IMG/VR virus record: IMGVR_UViG_3300028393_004061
Location: 1-64,000 of that record
Source: a virus
Lineage: Duplodnaviria; Caudoviricetes
Strand: one strand, 5' to 3'
Length of the DNA: 64,000 nucleotides
The number at the start of each line of letters is the position of its first letter. The first letter of the stretch is position 1. The translations under genes were made by a program, and so were the position numbers. The notes beneath the pieces are model-generated. The model saw nothing but the letters and a program-made list of their open reading frames with translations, was not told the origin of the DNA and made no database searches. Shown here in pieces: positions 1 through 9,790 of the stretch.

Positions 1-304
1 GATTTACTGTCAAGGTGTAAACTGAAGGAAAATTATTTTCTGCTGGGTTTTCACTATAAATAGAACCATCATCAGAAACGACTTCGATGAAAGCCTGTTC
101 TTGTTCTATTTGGGGATATGCAAATTTTTTCCAGTAATTGCAATCAATAAATGTTTGACCATCAAATAATTTTCGATATTTTCTCCTCGGCCCTTGAACA
201 AAGATAGTTCTTTGAACAGAAGTAGAGAATTGAGCCTGTGTGGAAGGGTTTACATCCATCATTCCTTGCTTACTATTGTTCAACTTAACTCTAAATTCGC
301 TCAT
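1..304 (-). CDS. Hypothetical protein, truncated by the window edge (not in ORF track)
   Basis: Hand translation from ATG at 304 (AGGAG at 313-309) gives MSEFRVKLNNSKQGMMDVNPSTQ..., open to position 1. Confidence 0.7.
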   Translation of the reverse strand, partial: MSEFRVKLNNSKQGMMDVNPSTQAQFSTSVQRTIFVQGPRRKYRKLFDGQTFIDCNYWKKFAYPQIEQEQAFIEVVSDDGSIYSENPAENNFPSVYTLTVN

Positions 305-392
305 ATTGCTCCTATTATGAAAAAATAAATTCTCAGTTATATAGCTTTTTGAAGTCATCTTATTTTTTATAAAATATAAAAATTTTCACCGA

Positions 393-998
393 TCATAGCG
401 AAATTAAATTTAATTCAGGAAATAAGGACTTATAGAAAGAAGTTCCCAATCCACTTTCTATTAAAGTACATTTGATTCCTTTGAAAATAGAAGCAGCAAA
501 TACTTCATTTTCTACAGAATATATTTGATTTGCATCTTCTAATTTATCAACATATGTAAGGCCTTTTTGCTGTATTGTTTTTTTTAATTTTTCTATTTGA
601 TTAAAATCTAATGATTTTGTTGGATATATGCCTTCAGTAAATACACTTACTCTATTTGAATTTACGCATTTATTGAATTCAAAACATGGAATTTTTATGT
701 CTGATTCCGTGATAAGTTCATGTATTGGGTGACTTTTTTTTTGTAAATTAACTTTTATTTCTCTTACATAACAAAAATCTTGTTTTACAAATTCACTTTT
801 TCTTATAACTCTTGGTTCGTCATGTAATAAATAATATGATTCGTCTTTACAGGCGATATATATTTGTATGCCATTAAATTTTTGTTCAATATATGGTCTA
901 AGATTTTTAAGTAATATTAGATAATCATTATTGCTTCCAAAATATGAACAACAATATTTGTTTTGCACACGCTTAAATTGATGAAAAGGTAAAAACAT
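393..998 (-). CDS. Hypothetical protein, possibly a degenerate GT9/GT-B-like protein
   Basis: Weak echoes of GT9 segments: YFGSNNDYLILL..RPYIEQKF..IQIYIAC; VSVFTEGIYPTKSL; IYSVENEVFAASIFKGIKCTLI. Confidence 0.45.
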   Translation of the reverse strand: MFLPFHQFKRVQNKYCCSYFGSNNDYLILLKNLRPYIEQKFNGIQIYIACKDESYYLLHDEPRVIRKSEFVKQDFCYVREIKVNLQKKSHPIHELITESDIKIPCFEFNKCVNSNRVSVFTEGIYPTKSLDFNQIEKLKKTIQQKGLTYVDKLEDANQIYSVENEVFAASIFKGIKCTLIESGLGTSFYKSLFPELNLISL

Positions 999-1158
999 GA
1001 GTTCAGATCTTCAAAAAACACAAGAATTTATTGAGGCTTTTGGCATATTATCAACTAATTTAGGACAAGATGATATTTATAAGAGAATACTTTTAGAGGT
1101 TATTTTCGAAGAATTATTTAAAAATTCAAAAAAGGATACGCATCATGGCAGTGAATGA
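997..1158 (+). CDS. Small hypothetical protein, 53 aa (not in ORF track)
   Basis: MSSDLQKTQEFIEAFGILSTNLGQDDIYKRILLEVIFEELFKNSKKDTHHGSE; AAGGT upstream; fills the gap and overlaps the next ATG at 1145. Confidence 0.55.
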   Translation: MSSDLQKTQEFIEAFGILSTNLGQDDIYKRILLEVIFEELFKNSKKDTHHGSE

Positions 1159-1516
1159 TTCAATTATTTGGATTTACATAGCAAGAAGAGATAAGACTGG
1201 TGTCAAATTGCTTACTCAATTAAGAGGCAAAAAAATACTTGCATCTCACCTTGAAAGTGTAGACGATTTAAGACTTCCTTTGGATTATAAAGACTTTATA
1301 AAAAAATCAATTTATGAAAACAGATTATTGTTTGAACCATGGATTGAATCGGCAAATGATTATCTGGCATTAAGATCGCAATTGAAATTAAGAGGGTATT
1401 CGAATATTCCTTTATCCAACATTCAAGAATATGGATCAATTACTTCTACAATTTCCCCAGAGATATACACGAAAAATATAAATCAAATTAAAGTCATGGT
1501 AAGAAAGTCTAGTTGA
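1145..1516 (+). CDS. Hypothetical protein
   Basis: 123-aa ORF, AAGGA upstream, no recognised family. Confidence 0.7.
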   Translation: MAVNDSIIWIYIARRDKTGVKLLTQLRGKKILASHLESVDDLRLPLDYKDFIKKSIYENRLLFEPWIESANDYLALRSQLKLRGYSNIPLSNIQEYGSITSTISPEIYTKNINQIKVMVRKSS

Positions 1517-1802
1517 TTTTTTTCAAAAATCTTTTATGACAAATGAAATTCCCAGATTTAACTTCAATCATGAATTTATTGCCATCTTGTTCAATTATTT
1601 TTCCACCATTTTTGCTAAACTCTTCAACTATTTCTTTTTCATCTCCTATTTCGATTTGTATTTTCTCTTCGAAATTTTCTATATTGCTTTTTGGTTTTAT
1701 TCTTTTTCCGATAAATGATTCTTTTTCTTGATTGTTATCATCATGGTTTTTTATCCATTTTTTGAAATCAGATAAATTAAAAAAATTAAATGGGTTGTTC
1801 AT
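1509..1802 (-). CDS. Hypothetical protein with an N-terminal FKKWI motif
   Basis: 97-aa ORF at the end of the fibre/GT gene run. Confidence 0.7.
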   Translation of the reverse strand: MNNPFNFFNLSDFKKWIKNHDDNNQEKESFIGKRIKPKSNIENFEEKIQIEIGDEKEIVEEFSKNGGKIIEQDGNKFMIEVKSGNFICHKRFLKKIN

Positions 1803-1806
1803 ATTT

Positions 1807-2664
1807 TCACTTCATAACATTAAGTATTTCATCTTCTTCTATATATGTTGCATTTTCAAACTTTAAACCATTCGAGTTATAAAATATTTTAATTTCTTGA
1901 TAAGGCAACATCTTTAGCCAAAACAATTTTGCATCAATTATTTCATGAGCTATTCTTTGTTGCGGGTATTGATACAATCCATTTTCTAATTTTTCTGCAC
2001 CTGGTCTTTCGCCTTCAAAACTGTCATCGCAACAATATAAAAATATTTTATATGCATTGAACATAAATGCCAGTTGAATGGCTGCACAAATTGGATTTCT
2101 GTAGTCGTCAATTTGTGCGTCTGTTTCCTTGGCATATTTAGAAGTATATCCACCTTCGTATACGGGAAGATATTTTAAAATTCTGCCTCTATAATTCGCT
2201 ATGAAATCGGAATTGGTTTTTAACGATGCTATACATTTTGGGAAGTTTCTGATGTGTCTTTTTCCAAAATATTTAACACAATCTTTATAAGGATTGTTAA
2301 CAACATAATAATCCATATTTCTATTGTTTGTATTCCATTTAGCTAAAGAACCTAACACCCCAATTACTGTTATGTCTTTTGGAATAGATGCTAAAATTTT
2401 TTGTTTTTTTTCAAAATTAAATCCATCACTAATAATTAAAATCTTATCATGATTTAAATTTTCATGATTAACCCACATGTGTTTTTGCATACTATTTTGA
2501 ATTTCATTTTTCAAAAAAACAAAATAATCACTTGGATTGTATGTTTTATTTAAATCAATTTGTGGGCAGTTTGTTTTTGTAAAGTTCCTTACCCACATAT
2601 TGCTATCGGTTTTTATATATTCATTTCCATATTGGTAAATTTTAATTCTTTTTGATGTTTTCAT
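1807..2664 (-). CDS. DUF115/Maf/CstII-like nucleotide-sugar-utilising protein
   Basis: KILIISDG..., ITVIGV, DYYVVN and ICAAIQLAFMFNAYKIFLYCCD resemble the A-I-Q-L-A...G-x-K-x-I-x-L-x-G-x-D signature. Confidence 0.55.
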   Translation of the reverse strand: MKTSKRIKIYQYGNEYIKTDSNMWVRNFTKTNCPQIDLNKTYNPSDYFVFLKNEIQNSMQKHMWVNHENLNHDKILIISDGFNFEKKQKILASIPKDITVIGVLGSLAKWNTNNRNMDYYVVNNPYKDCVKYFGKRHIRNFPKCIASLKTNSDFIANYRGRILKYLPVYEGGYTSKYAKETDAQIDDYRNPICAAIQLAFMFNAYKIFLYCCDDSFEGERPGAEKLENGLYQYPQQRIAHEIIDAKLFWLKMLPYQEIKIFYNSNGLKFENATYIEEDEILNVMK

Positions 2665-2667
2665 GTT

Positions 2668-3573
2668 CTAAAAGAGTATTTTGTTTTTAGTATTTAGATC
2701 TAATATCAATTCTTCAAATGTGTAACATTTTATATTTTTCCATATGCTTTTATTTAAAAATATTTGGTCTGAAACATCTATTCCAAAATCTTTATATTTG
2801 CCATCAAATGTAGTTCTAATTACTTTGGTTTTTTTTTGTAAAAGTAAAATTAATGTTTTTAAGTATGTGTCAACACTTATGCAATCAGTGGATGAATTAA
2901 TTATTTGTAAAAAATCTAAAAATTTAATATCTTTTTTTTCATTCAAACTGTATAAAAAACTGTTTGTTAGCCAATAGCAATTTTTGTTTTTATATAGTTT
3001 ATAGTAATCATAATCGTCTACGCTCCCAGTTGTCACAATATAATATTTTAATTCAAGAAGCGTTTCTATTAAAACATTATATTCATCGTGAGTTAGGAAT
3101 TTCTTTTTTGAAATATCTCTCAAACCACCTGAAGGTGCAATAATTATATATTTTGATGGAACTATATTACTTGTTCCTATAACTTTATTCCAATTAGTTT
3201 TGGTTTTTATTCTTGGAATATATTTTGAAGTATCGTGCCAATCCTTATACGGAAATGTAATTATATCTGGTAAATGTGCAGATTGCTTAAAACATGGCAT
3301 GCTTGTAAATTTTTTATAAATGAAATCATAGCCATCACTAAATACGATATTTTTGTAAAATAAACATTTTACATTAAAAAAATCACAAAAACATTTTGCA
3401 AATATGTTTTTATCATCATTTGACAAGAACAATATTCTTGGATCATGTTGATCATATGCAGTTGCGAGTAATAATAAAAGATCGCCAACTCCACCAGCGA
3501 CCATAAAAGCACTGCAACTATTGTCAAAAAATTTATCTATTTCGTAAGATAATTTTTCAATTTCTTCTAACAC
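2668..3573 (-). CDS. GT9 (heptosyltransferase-like, GT-B) glycosyltransferase
   Basis: GGVGDLLL, IIIAPSGG...K, YIVTTGS, IINSSTDCISVDT; GTG start. Confidence 0.65.
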   Translation of the reverse strand: MLEEIEKLSYEIDKFFDNSCSAFMVAGGVGDLLLLLATAYDQHDPRILFLSNDDKNIFAKCFCDFFNVKCLFYKNIVFSDGYDFIYKKFTSMPCFKQSAHLPDIITFPYKDWHDTSKYIPRIKTKTNWNKVIGTSNIVPSKYIIIAPSGGLRDISKKKFLTHDEYNVLIETLLELKYYIVTTGSVDDYDYYKLYKNKNCYWLTNSFLYSLNEKKDIKFLDFLQIINSSTDCISVDTYLKTLILLLQKKTKVIRTTFDGKYKDFGIDVSDQIFLNKSIWKNIKCYTFEELILDLNTKNKILF

Positions 3574-3580
3574 AATTAGA

Positions 3581-6454
3581 TTAATCCCCGCAAGGAACTA
3601 TTGCCACACATTGCTGCTTACTATTGTTTTCTCCATTTAACTTGCTTATGTCTAATTGTATTTTGACATCAATTGGAGAACCTTTATAAACTAGTTCTAT
3701 TTCTGGTTTTTCTGGCATTACCAATTTAATTTCAGAAGGTATATTTCCTACAATTTCAATAGAAGGAGGAATTCCAACAACTTGAATTTTATCTGGTATT
3801 CCACTTGCGTCAATTTTGATTGATCTTGGGAAATCTTCTGGAATGTCCAGTCTTATGAATTTCGGCAAATCAGATTCTAATTTAATTGTTGATGGTAAAT
3901 TTTCAGCTACTAATTTTATTTCAGAAATAATATTATCAGAAGTAATTTTAATTTCTTTCGGAATATCAAAATCAGATACAAGTGTTATTTTATCTGGTAT
4001 TTTAAATGATTCTATGCGAATCAATGCTGGAATGTCATGTAATATTTTTATATCTGGTATTATTGGTGCAATCACTTTTATTATCGATGGAATTCCAATG
4101 TCATTGATCTCAACGCTCAAAGATGGATCGTCAAGATCGTTTATTCCATCCATTGATCTGTAATTAAATGGAGTGCCACCAGGTGGACAAGCGACTGTAA
4201 CGGTACAGTTTAAACTTGGTGGAGTTCCCCAATCTACTGTTAAACTTGGTGGTGGCGTAAATGAAATCATAGTTGGAATATTCGGTGGCGTAAACGAAAT
4301 CATGGTCGGAACATTCGGTGGAGTAAATGAAATCATAGTTGGAATATTCGGTGGCGTAAACGAAATCATGGTCGGAATATTCGGTGGCGTAAATGAAATC
4401 ATGGTCGGAATATTCGGTGGAGTAAATGAAATCATAGTCGGAATATTCGGTGGAGTAAATGAAATCATAGTCGGAATATTCGGTGGAGTAAATGAAATCA
4501 TGGTCGGAACATTCGGTGGCGTAAATGAAATCATAGTCGGAACATTCGGTGGCGTAAATGAAATCATAGTCGGAACATTCGGTGGCGTAAATGAAATCAT
4601 AGTCGGAACATTCGGTGGCGTAAATGAAATCATAGTCGGAACATTCGGTGGTGTGAACGAAATCATGGTCGGAACATTCGGTGGAGTAAATGAAATCATA
4701 GTCGGAACATTCGGTGGAGTAAATGAAATCATGGTCGGAACATTCGGTGGCGTAAATGAAATCATGGTCGGAATATTCGGTGGAGTAAATGAAATCATGG
4801 TCGGAATATTCGGTGTAGTTATCGAAATCAAAGTTGGCATACTACAACCAGTAACAAATATTTCAGTTGGAATATTCGGTGGAGTAAATGAAATCATAGT
4901 CGGAATATTCGGTGGCGTAAATGAAATCATAGTCGGAACATTCGGTGGCGTAAATGAAATCATAGTCGGAACATTCGGTGGTGTGAACGAAATCATGGTC
5001 GGAACATTCGGTGGTGTAAATGAAATTACAGTTGGAACATTCGGTGGTGTAAACGAAATCATGGTAGGAATATTCGGTGGAGTTATCGAAATCATGGTAG
5101 GAATATTCGGTGGAGTAAATGAAATCATAGTCGGAATATTCGGTGGAGTAAATGAAATCATAGTCGGAATATTCGGTGGAGTAAATGAAATCATAGTTGG
5201 AATATTCGGTGGAGTAAATGAAATCATGGTCGGAATATTCGGTGGTGTTATCGAAATCATGGTCGGAATATTCGGTGGCGTTATCGAAATCATGGTCGGA
5301 ATATTAGGTGAAGTTATTGAAATTACACTTGGAATATTAGGTGAAGTTATCGAAATTACACTTGGAATATTAGGTGAAGTTATCGAAATTACACTTGGAA
5401 TATTAGGTGGTGTAAATGAAATTACAGTCGGGAAACTAGGTGAGGTTATTGAAATTACACTTGGTACATTCGGTGAAGTTATCGAAATTACACTTGGTAT
5501 ATTAAGTGGCCCAAAATTAATAGTCGATGGTATTGGAGGGTCAATTACAATTACAGAAGGAATATTGATTGGCCCTAAAGGTCCAATATCTAAACATGGA
5601 AATAAAATAGGTGGAGGCTGAACATTAACTGATGGCAAATTTAATTGCGGAATAATAAGTTGTGGAATATCTGGTATGTTTGGAATTATGATTTCTAAAG
5701 GAGGATTAACAGTTTTGATACTTGGTTGCGTTGCAACTTCTCTTTCTTTAGGACTTTGAACTATAGTGCAATTATTTGTATTTACTTGAATGACTGGATC
5801 TATTTTTCCATTTGCTGAATAAGTATGTGTTCCAGCCAAACTTGTAGTTGTAAATGATCCATCGCCAAAATCTATTCTGAAGTTTATATAAGATCCATTA
5901 ATTTCAACGCTATAATTTGCTATTGTTCCTCTAGTTGGATTGGATGATGCAATGGTAAAAAAGAAAGTAACATCAGGACATGTAAAATCATCGAGAATAA
6001 TTGGTAATTCGGCAAGATTTCTAATTCTCCAGTCTAAACTTGCTTTGTCACCTGTAAAATTATAACCAATAAAATTTTCCATATTGATTATTGCTGTGGC
6101 AAGTTGATTGTGATGTTCTGCAATTACAAATCCTCTAACTTCAGCACCAACATGATTAAATTTTGTTTTAGAACCAGCAATATTTCTTATGCAATTTGTA
6201 AATTTGAATATTTTTCCATTTTCATTTTTTTCAACATTATTGTAATAGAAAAGTTCTCCATTTATATTGGCATAGCCATTATCTGACCATATTTCATTTT
6301 TGTTTATTGCAACTGGTTTTATTTCAATTGAATCTTGCCAAGGATTGTTTTCAGATGTAGTAATTGATTCGGAAGTATTATAAACTAAAAACAATGTACG
6401 ATTGTTATCGTAGTTTTTAGGGTACACAGGTGTAGGAGGAAAGTAATTAGACAT
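3581..6454 (-). CDS. Putative tail fibre/appendage protein with PKD-like domain and a long 11-aa Pro/Thr repeat shaft
   Basis: N-terminal domain shared with the two upstream genes; IDFGDG...HTY PKD motif; TPPN(I/V)PTMISF repeats. Confidence 0.65.
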   Translation of the reverse strand: MSNYFPPTPVYPKNYDNNRTLFLVYNTSESITTSENNPWQDSIEIKPVAINKNEIWSDNGYANINGELFYYNNVEKNENGKIFKFTNCIRNIAGSKTKFNHVGAEVRGFVIAEHHNQLATAIINMENFIGYNFTGDKASLDWRIRNLAELPIILDDFTCPDVTFFFTIASSNPTRGTIANYSVEINGSYINFRIDFGDGSFTTTSLAGTHTYSANGKIDPVIQVNTNNCTIVQSPKEREVATQPSIKTVNPPLEIIIPNIPDIPQLIIPQLNLPSVNVQPPPILFPCLDIGPLGPINIPSVIVIDPPIPSTINFGPLNIPSVISITSPNVPSVISITSPSFPTVISFTPPNIPSVISITSPNIPSVISITSPNIPSVISITSPNIPTMISITPPNIPTMISITPPNIPTMISFTPPNIPTMISFTPPNIPTMISFTPPNIPTMISFTPPNIPTMISITPPNIPTMISFTPPNVPTVISFTPPNVPTMISFTPPNVPTMISFTPPNVPTMISFTPPNIPTMISFTPPNIPTEIFVTGCSMPTLISITTPNIPTMISFTPPNIPTMISFTPPNVPTMISFTPPNVPTMISFTPPNVPTMISFTPPNVPTMISFTPPNVPTMISFTPPNVPTMISFTPPNVPTMISFTPPNVPTMISFTPPNIPTMISFTPPNIPTMISFTPPNIPTMISFTPPNIPTMISFTPPNIPTMISFTPPNVPTMISFTPPNIPTMISFTPPPSLTVDWGTPPSLNCTVTVACPPGGTPFNYRSMDGINDLDDPSLSVEINDIGIPSIIKVIAPIIPDIKILHDIPALIRIESFKIPDKITLVSDFDIPKEIKITSDNIISEIKLVAENLPSTIKLESDLPKFIRLDIPEDFPRSIKIDASGIPDKIQVVGIPPSIEIVGNIPSEIKLVMPEKPEIELVYKGSPIDVKIQLDISKLNGENNSKQQCVAIVPCGD
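4252..5513 (-). repeat. In-frame 33-bp tandem repeat, about 38 units, encoding TPPN(I/V)PTMISF
   Basis: Plus-strand unit ~ GGTGG(A/C)GTAAATGAAATCAT(A/G)GTCGGAA(T/C)ATTC repeated head-to-tail with no spacers. Confidence 0.95.
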
Positions 6455-6459
6455 TGTAT

Positions 6460-6465
6460 TATTTA
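6460..6465 (-). promoter_or_regulatory. Putative T4-like late promoter core TAAATA, 5 nt before ATG 6454
   Basis: TAAATA-ATACA-ATG, no Shine-Dalgarno. Confidence 0.45.
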
Positions 6466-6476
6466 TTGTTTGGTTT

Positions 6477-8741
6477 TTAGAAAATACTCATAATCCATTG
6501 ATTGCCACTAGGCCTATTGGAAACATTGCTAAATGTAAGTGTTGTTTCATTAAATTTTATATATGCTTTATTGCTATAATCAAAACTTAAATAAGCAATT
6601 TTATCATTATCTGATGTTGCAACAAGAGTTTGTGCTGCATTATCATAACCAGAAACCGTATTATCTTGCAACAATCTAAATGAAGATGAATTCACCCCAG
6701 TTCCGCCAGTTTCCCAAACATTAGATGTTGGATTATAGGCAGAAATAGAACCGCTATTGTTGAAGAAATAAACTCCTTGACTTAAAGTAACAAGCTGGCC
6801 TTCTACTTTTGTCGGTCCAGACATATCATTTAATTTTCTAATATCGATAAAATAATCAGTTGTTGTGCCACTTGTCTTGTAAAAACTCTTGATTCGGAAA
6901 AAATCTCCTACACCTTGATTTCTCATAAGGAAACCAGCAGAATCTTTCCAACATGATCTATAGACACTCATGTTACCTTGATTGGAGTTTCCGCTTATAT
7001 CATAAGTGACTTCATTTTTAAGTAATTCATCTGCTCCATTTTTATAATTTGATGATGCAATTGTAGAGTTTGAAGAGCTAAGATTTTGTAAATTATAAGT
7101 AATTTTATTTTGATTGGTTAAACTGTTATTGGGCAATTGTGGTGTTGTGATTCCGCCCAATATAAAATACAAATTTGTTCCGCTACTCATACTTACCCAA
7201 TTCCATGGCCTCGACAATGAAGGTTGGTTAACATATGTTTGTGTGAATCCATTAAATTCATTCAAATGAATACTTTCGTTAGATGATGGATCTCCTATAC
7301 CTCTTCCTGATGCGTAAAATAATAAGCCAACTCCACCATTTCCAGATGTTGCTGCCGAACGAGGTGAAAATCCATTATTTCTATTGAATTCCATTTTTTG
7401 TTGAACTTCATTTGGTTGTCCAGTTAAAAAACTATCATTAATACTAACCGTTAATGGATTTGTAAAATTTGTTTTAAATGTCTCGCTAATAAGACCAAAT
7501 TCGTAGCTACTTACTTGATTTAGGCTTGTATAATTCCATAGCCACAAATTATATCTTTCAATAACATTGACAGCATTTTCATAGCTTGTTATTCGATATG
7601 ATCCATATGAAGTATCAACTCTAAGAATAAGATCATACAATCCACCAATACTATATGCAGCCCTTGCATTTGTAGAATTTGAGTGGATTAAATCATCAGA
7701 TAAATACCATGTATAATTACTAATCGGATCAATTGGACTTCCACCAGAAAGTTCTTCACCAGCATAAGATCTTGCTGTATTTGGATTTACCCCAAATGGT
7801 ATTTCCATATCTACAAATGTATTTATAGATGTTCTTATGATTGGAGTTGTAGTGTATGGGCCATTTGTTGGAACTCCACTTCGAATTAAAAATTGTCCAG
7901 CCCTTACATTAAAATTTATAATTGCTTCTTCTGGGGCTTGAACTCTTGCGTTTATATATTGGGGAAAAACAACTTCATCATATCCAAAGTTATTTTTAAT
8001 TGTAAGCTTAACATCATAGATTCCAGGTTTGGTATAAATCTTAGTTATTGTTCCGCCATTAAGATCTTCAACTATAACATTGTCTTGAGTTACTGGGCCT
8101 TCGGTTGTGCTTATCGTTACGATTGATGGGCCAGTATTATCGCCAAAATCCCAAATATAACTGATTGTTCCAGTAGTTCCATCTGTTCCTAATCTAAAAC
8201 TCAGATCAGTAAATTTAACAGTAAGAGGAATAAGACCAATTTTTTTGTTTGAAGTGAACCATCCTTTTGGAACTAGTGTAATTTTACGCAAATAATTTAT
8301 TCTTTCTTCCATTGTTCCAACCAATGGTTGATTTGCAATATCACCTTTTTTTCCAGTCATGTTTTGGACATTTACAATTGCATCTTTTAACATATTATGA
8401 TGTTGTGCCATCACATTTTGAGTAACATTTGTAATATCTTTTGGTTTGGCAGTATCGGTAAATCCATTCAATAATTCAAGCTGATCAAAAGAAATTACTG
8501 TACGACTTCCATAATAAAAAGATATTGCCCTTACATCAGCGTCACTGCATTGCTCTGTTAATGTAATAATACCAGTTGGTGGAAATCTATTTATGATTTC
8601 TGTATCACCATATATAGTTATAGTTTTATCCCCAACATTATAATCTCTTCCAAGTTTAACTCTGAGTCCATCATGAACTAGAAATAATGTATTATCGCCA
8701 TCTATGCTGGTAGGATAATTAGATGTTATTGGAATAGTCAT
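6477..8741 (-). CDS. PKD-domain tail/baseplate appendage protein
   Basis: VKFTDLS...YIWDFGDN...YTKPGIYDVKLTI PKD motif; shared N-terminal domain; beta-rich C-terminus. Confidence 0.65.
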   Translation of the reverse strand: MTIPITSNYPTSIDGDNTLFLVHDGLRVKLGRDYNVGDKTITIYGDTEIINRFPPTGIITLTEQCSDADVRAISFYYGSRTVISFDQLELLNGFTDTAKPKDITNVTQNVMAQHHNMLKDAIVNVQNMTGKKGDIANQPLVGTMEERINYLRKITLVPKGWFTSNKKIGLIPLTVKFTDLSFRLGTDGTTGTISYIWDFGDNTGPSIVTISTTEGPVTQDNVIVEDLNGGTITKIYTKPGIYDVKLTIKNNFGYDEVVFPQYINARVQAPEEAIINFNVRAGQFLIRSGVPTNGPYTTTPIIRTSINTFVDMEIPFGVNPNTARSYAGEELSGGSPIDPISNYTWYLSDDLIHSNSTNARAAYSIGGLYDLILRVDTSYGSYRITSYENAVNVIERYNLWLWNYTSLNQVSSYEFGLISETFKTNFTNPLTVSINDSFLTGQPNEVQQKMEFNRNNGFSPRSAATSGNGGVGLLFYASGRGIGDPSSNESIHLNEFNGFTQTYVNQPSLSRPWNWVSMSSGTNLYFILGGITTPQLPNNSLTNQNKITYNLQNLSSSNSTIASSNYKNGADELLKNEVTYDISGNSNQGNMSVYRSCWKDSAGFLMRNQGVGDFFRIKSFYKTSGTTTDYFIDIRKLNDMSGPTKVEGQLVTLSQGVYFFNNSGSISAYNPTSNVWETGGTGVNSSSFRLLQDNTVSGYDNAAQTLVATSDNDKIAYLSFDYSNKAYIKFNETTLTFSNVSNRPSGNQWIMSIF

Positions 8742-9790
8742 TATTGCACCATAATACTTTCAGATAAGAATGCTCTTTTGCTTGCAGCGTTTTCCAGAAT
8801 TGTCAACAGTGAAGGAATATAAGTTCCTGGCTTATCATATATGAACTTAATTGAATGTTTATTTGGATTTAATTGTTGATAACTTTGATTTACAACAGGA
8901 ATTCCACTAACAGTACCACTACCAGAAAATATCCAATATCTTTGTGTGATATCACCATCTGTTTGATCAACAAGTGTGAATTCAGTTGGTTGTATTGATT
9001 GTTCTGTGGCTGTTTGCAAAGATATTCCTTGTATTGGCGTTATATAAAAGAATGTTGTTATTTCTTGTTTACTTACAGTTATGTAGTTCCTTTTAGTCGC
9101 AACTGCTTGTCCTCCAAGGCTAGAAACAACATTTAATTGAACAGAATAAATTCCTTCACTTTGATATATATGAGTTGGATTTTTTTCTATAGATGTAGTG
9201 CCATCTCCAAAATCCCAAAGATGTCTAATTAATGGCCCTGTGCTAAAGTTTTGAAATTTTATTGCTAATGGTGGAGTTCCTATAATTTTATGCGCACGAA
9301 ATATTGCTTTCGGAGATAAAAATATATTTTCTTGTTTTTTAAGAATACCATTCAATGAAATTTCTGTAGGACTGACATCTGTTCCAAGATCTGTTTCTAT
9401 ATTGAATATGGAATCTCGTAATGCGTTATGATGCTCAGAAATTACTGCGTTTCCAACATGTGAATTTATAGGCCATACAGTTTGTCTAGATCCTGCAAAA
9501 CCACGAACTAGATCTTTAAAAATACCTTTATTTTTTTGTGCATAATAAATTATTTCGTAATTACCTAATTTATCATTAGGTAGATTTATTCTTATGCATC
9601 CTTGACTTGGAAAAAGATCGTTATTTTCGACAATAATGTATTTTCCATTATAAGATAATGACTGTTTAAGATTTGTTTCGGCATTATTCTTAACCTCATA
9701 AAGAGTTTCTCTATTATCAATACCTAATGGAAAAACAGATAGATTTCCTATTGCATATCCATTATCGAGTGTTGATATTCTAGTTGCCAT
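8741..9790 (-). CDS. PKD-domain tail/baseplate appendage protein
   Basis: FQNFSTG...WDFGDGTTSIEKNPTHIY..EGIYSVQL canonical PKD, plus a second degenerate PKD. Confidence 0.7.
   Translation of the reverse strand: MATRISTLDNGYAIGNLSVFPLGIDNRETLYEVKNNAETNLKQSLSYNGKYIIVENNDLFPSQGCIRINLPNDKLGNYEIIYYAQKNKGIFKDLVRGFAGSRQTVWPINSHVGNAVISEHHNALRDSIFNIETDLGTDVSPTEISLNGILKKQENIFLSPKAIFRAHKIIGTPPLAIKFQNFSTGPLIRHLWDFGDGTTSIEKNPTHIYQSEGIYSVQLNVVSSLGGQAVATKRNYITVSKQEITTFFYITPIQGISLQTATEQSIQPTEFTLVDQTDGDITQRYWIFSGSGTVSGIPVVNQSYQQLNPNKHSIKFIYDKPGTYIPSLLTILENAASKRAFLSESIMVQ

Noticed and set aside
4252-5513. Possible CRISPR array (33-bp periodicity)
   Set aside because: Units are contiguous with no unique spacers, variation is mostly synonymous or conservative, and no cas genes are present.
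4173-5621. 482-aa plus-strand ORF of GGVNEIIVGIF repeats
   Set aside because: Antisense shadow of the 33-bp array, whose unit happens to lack stops in that frame; no RBS, and the minus-strand gene has domain and paralog support.
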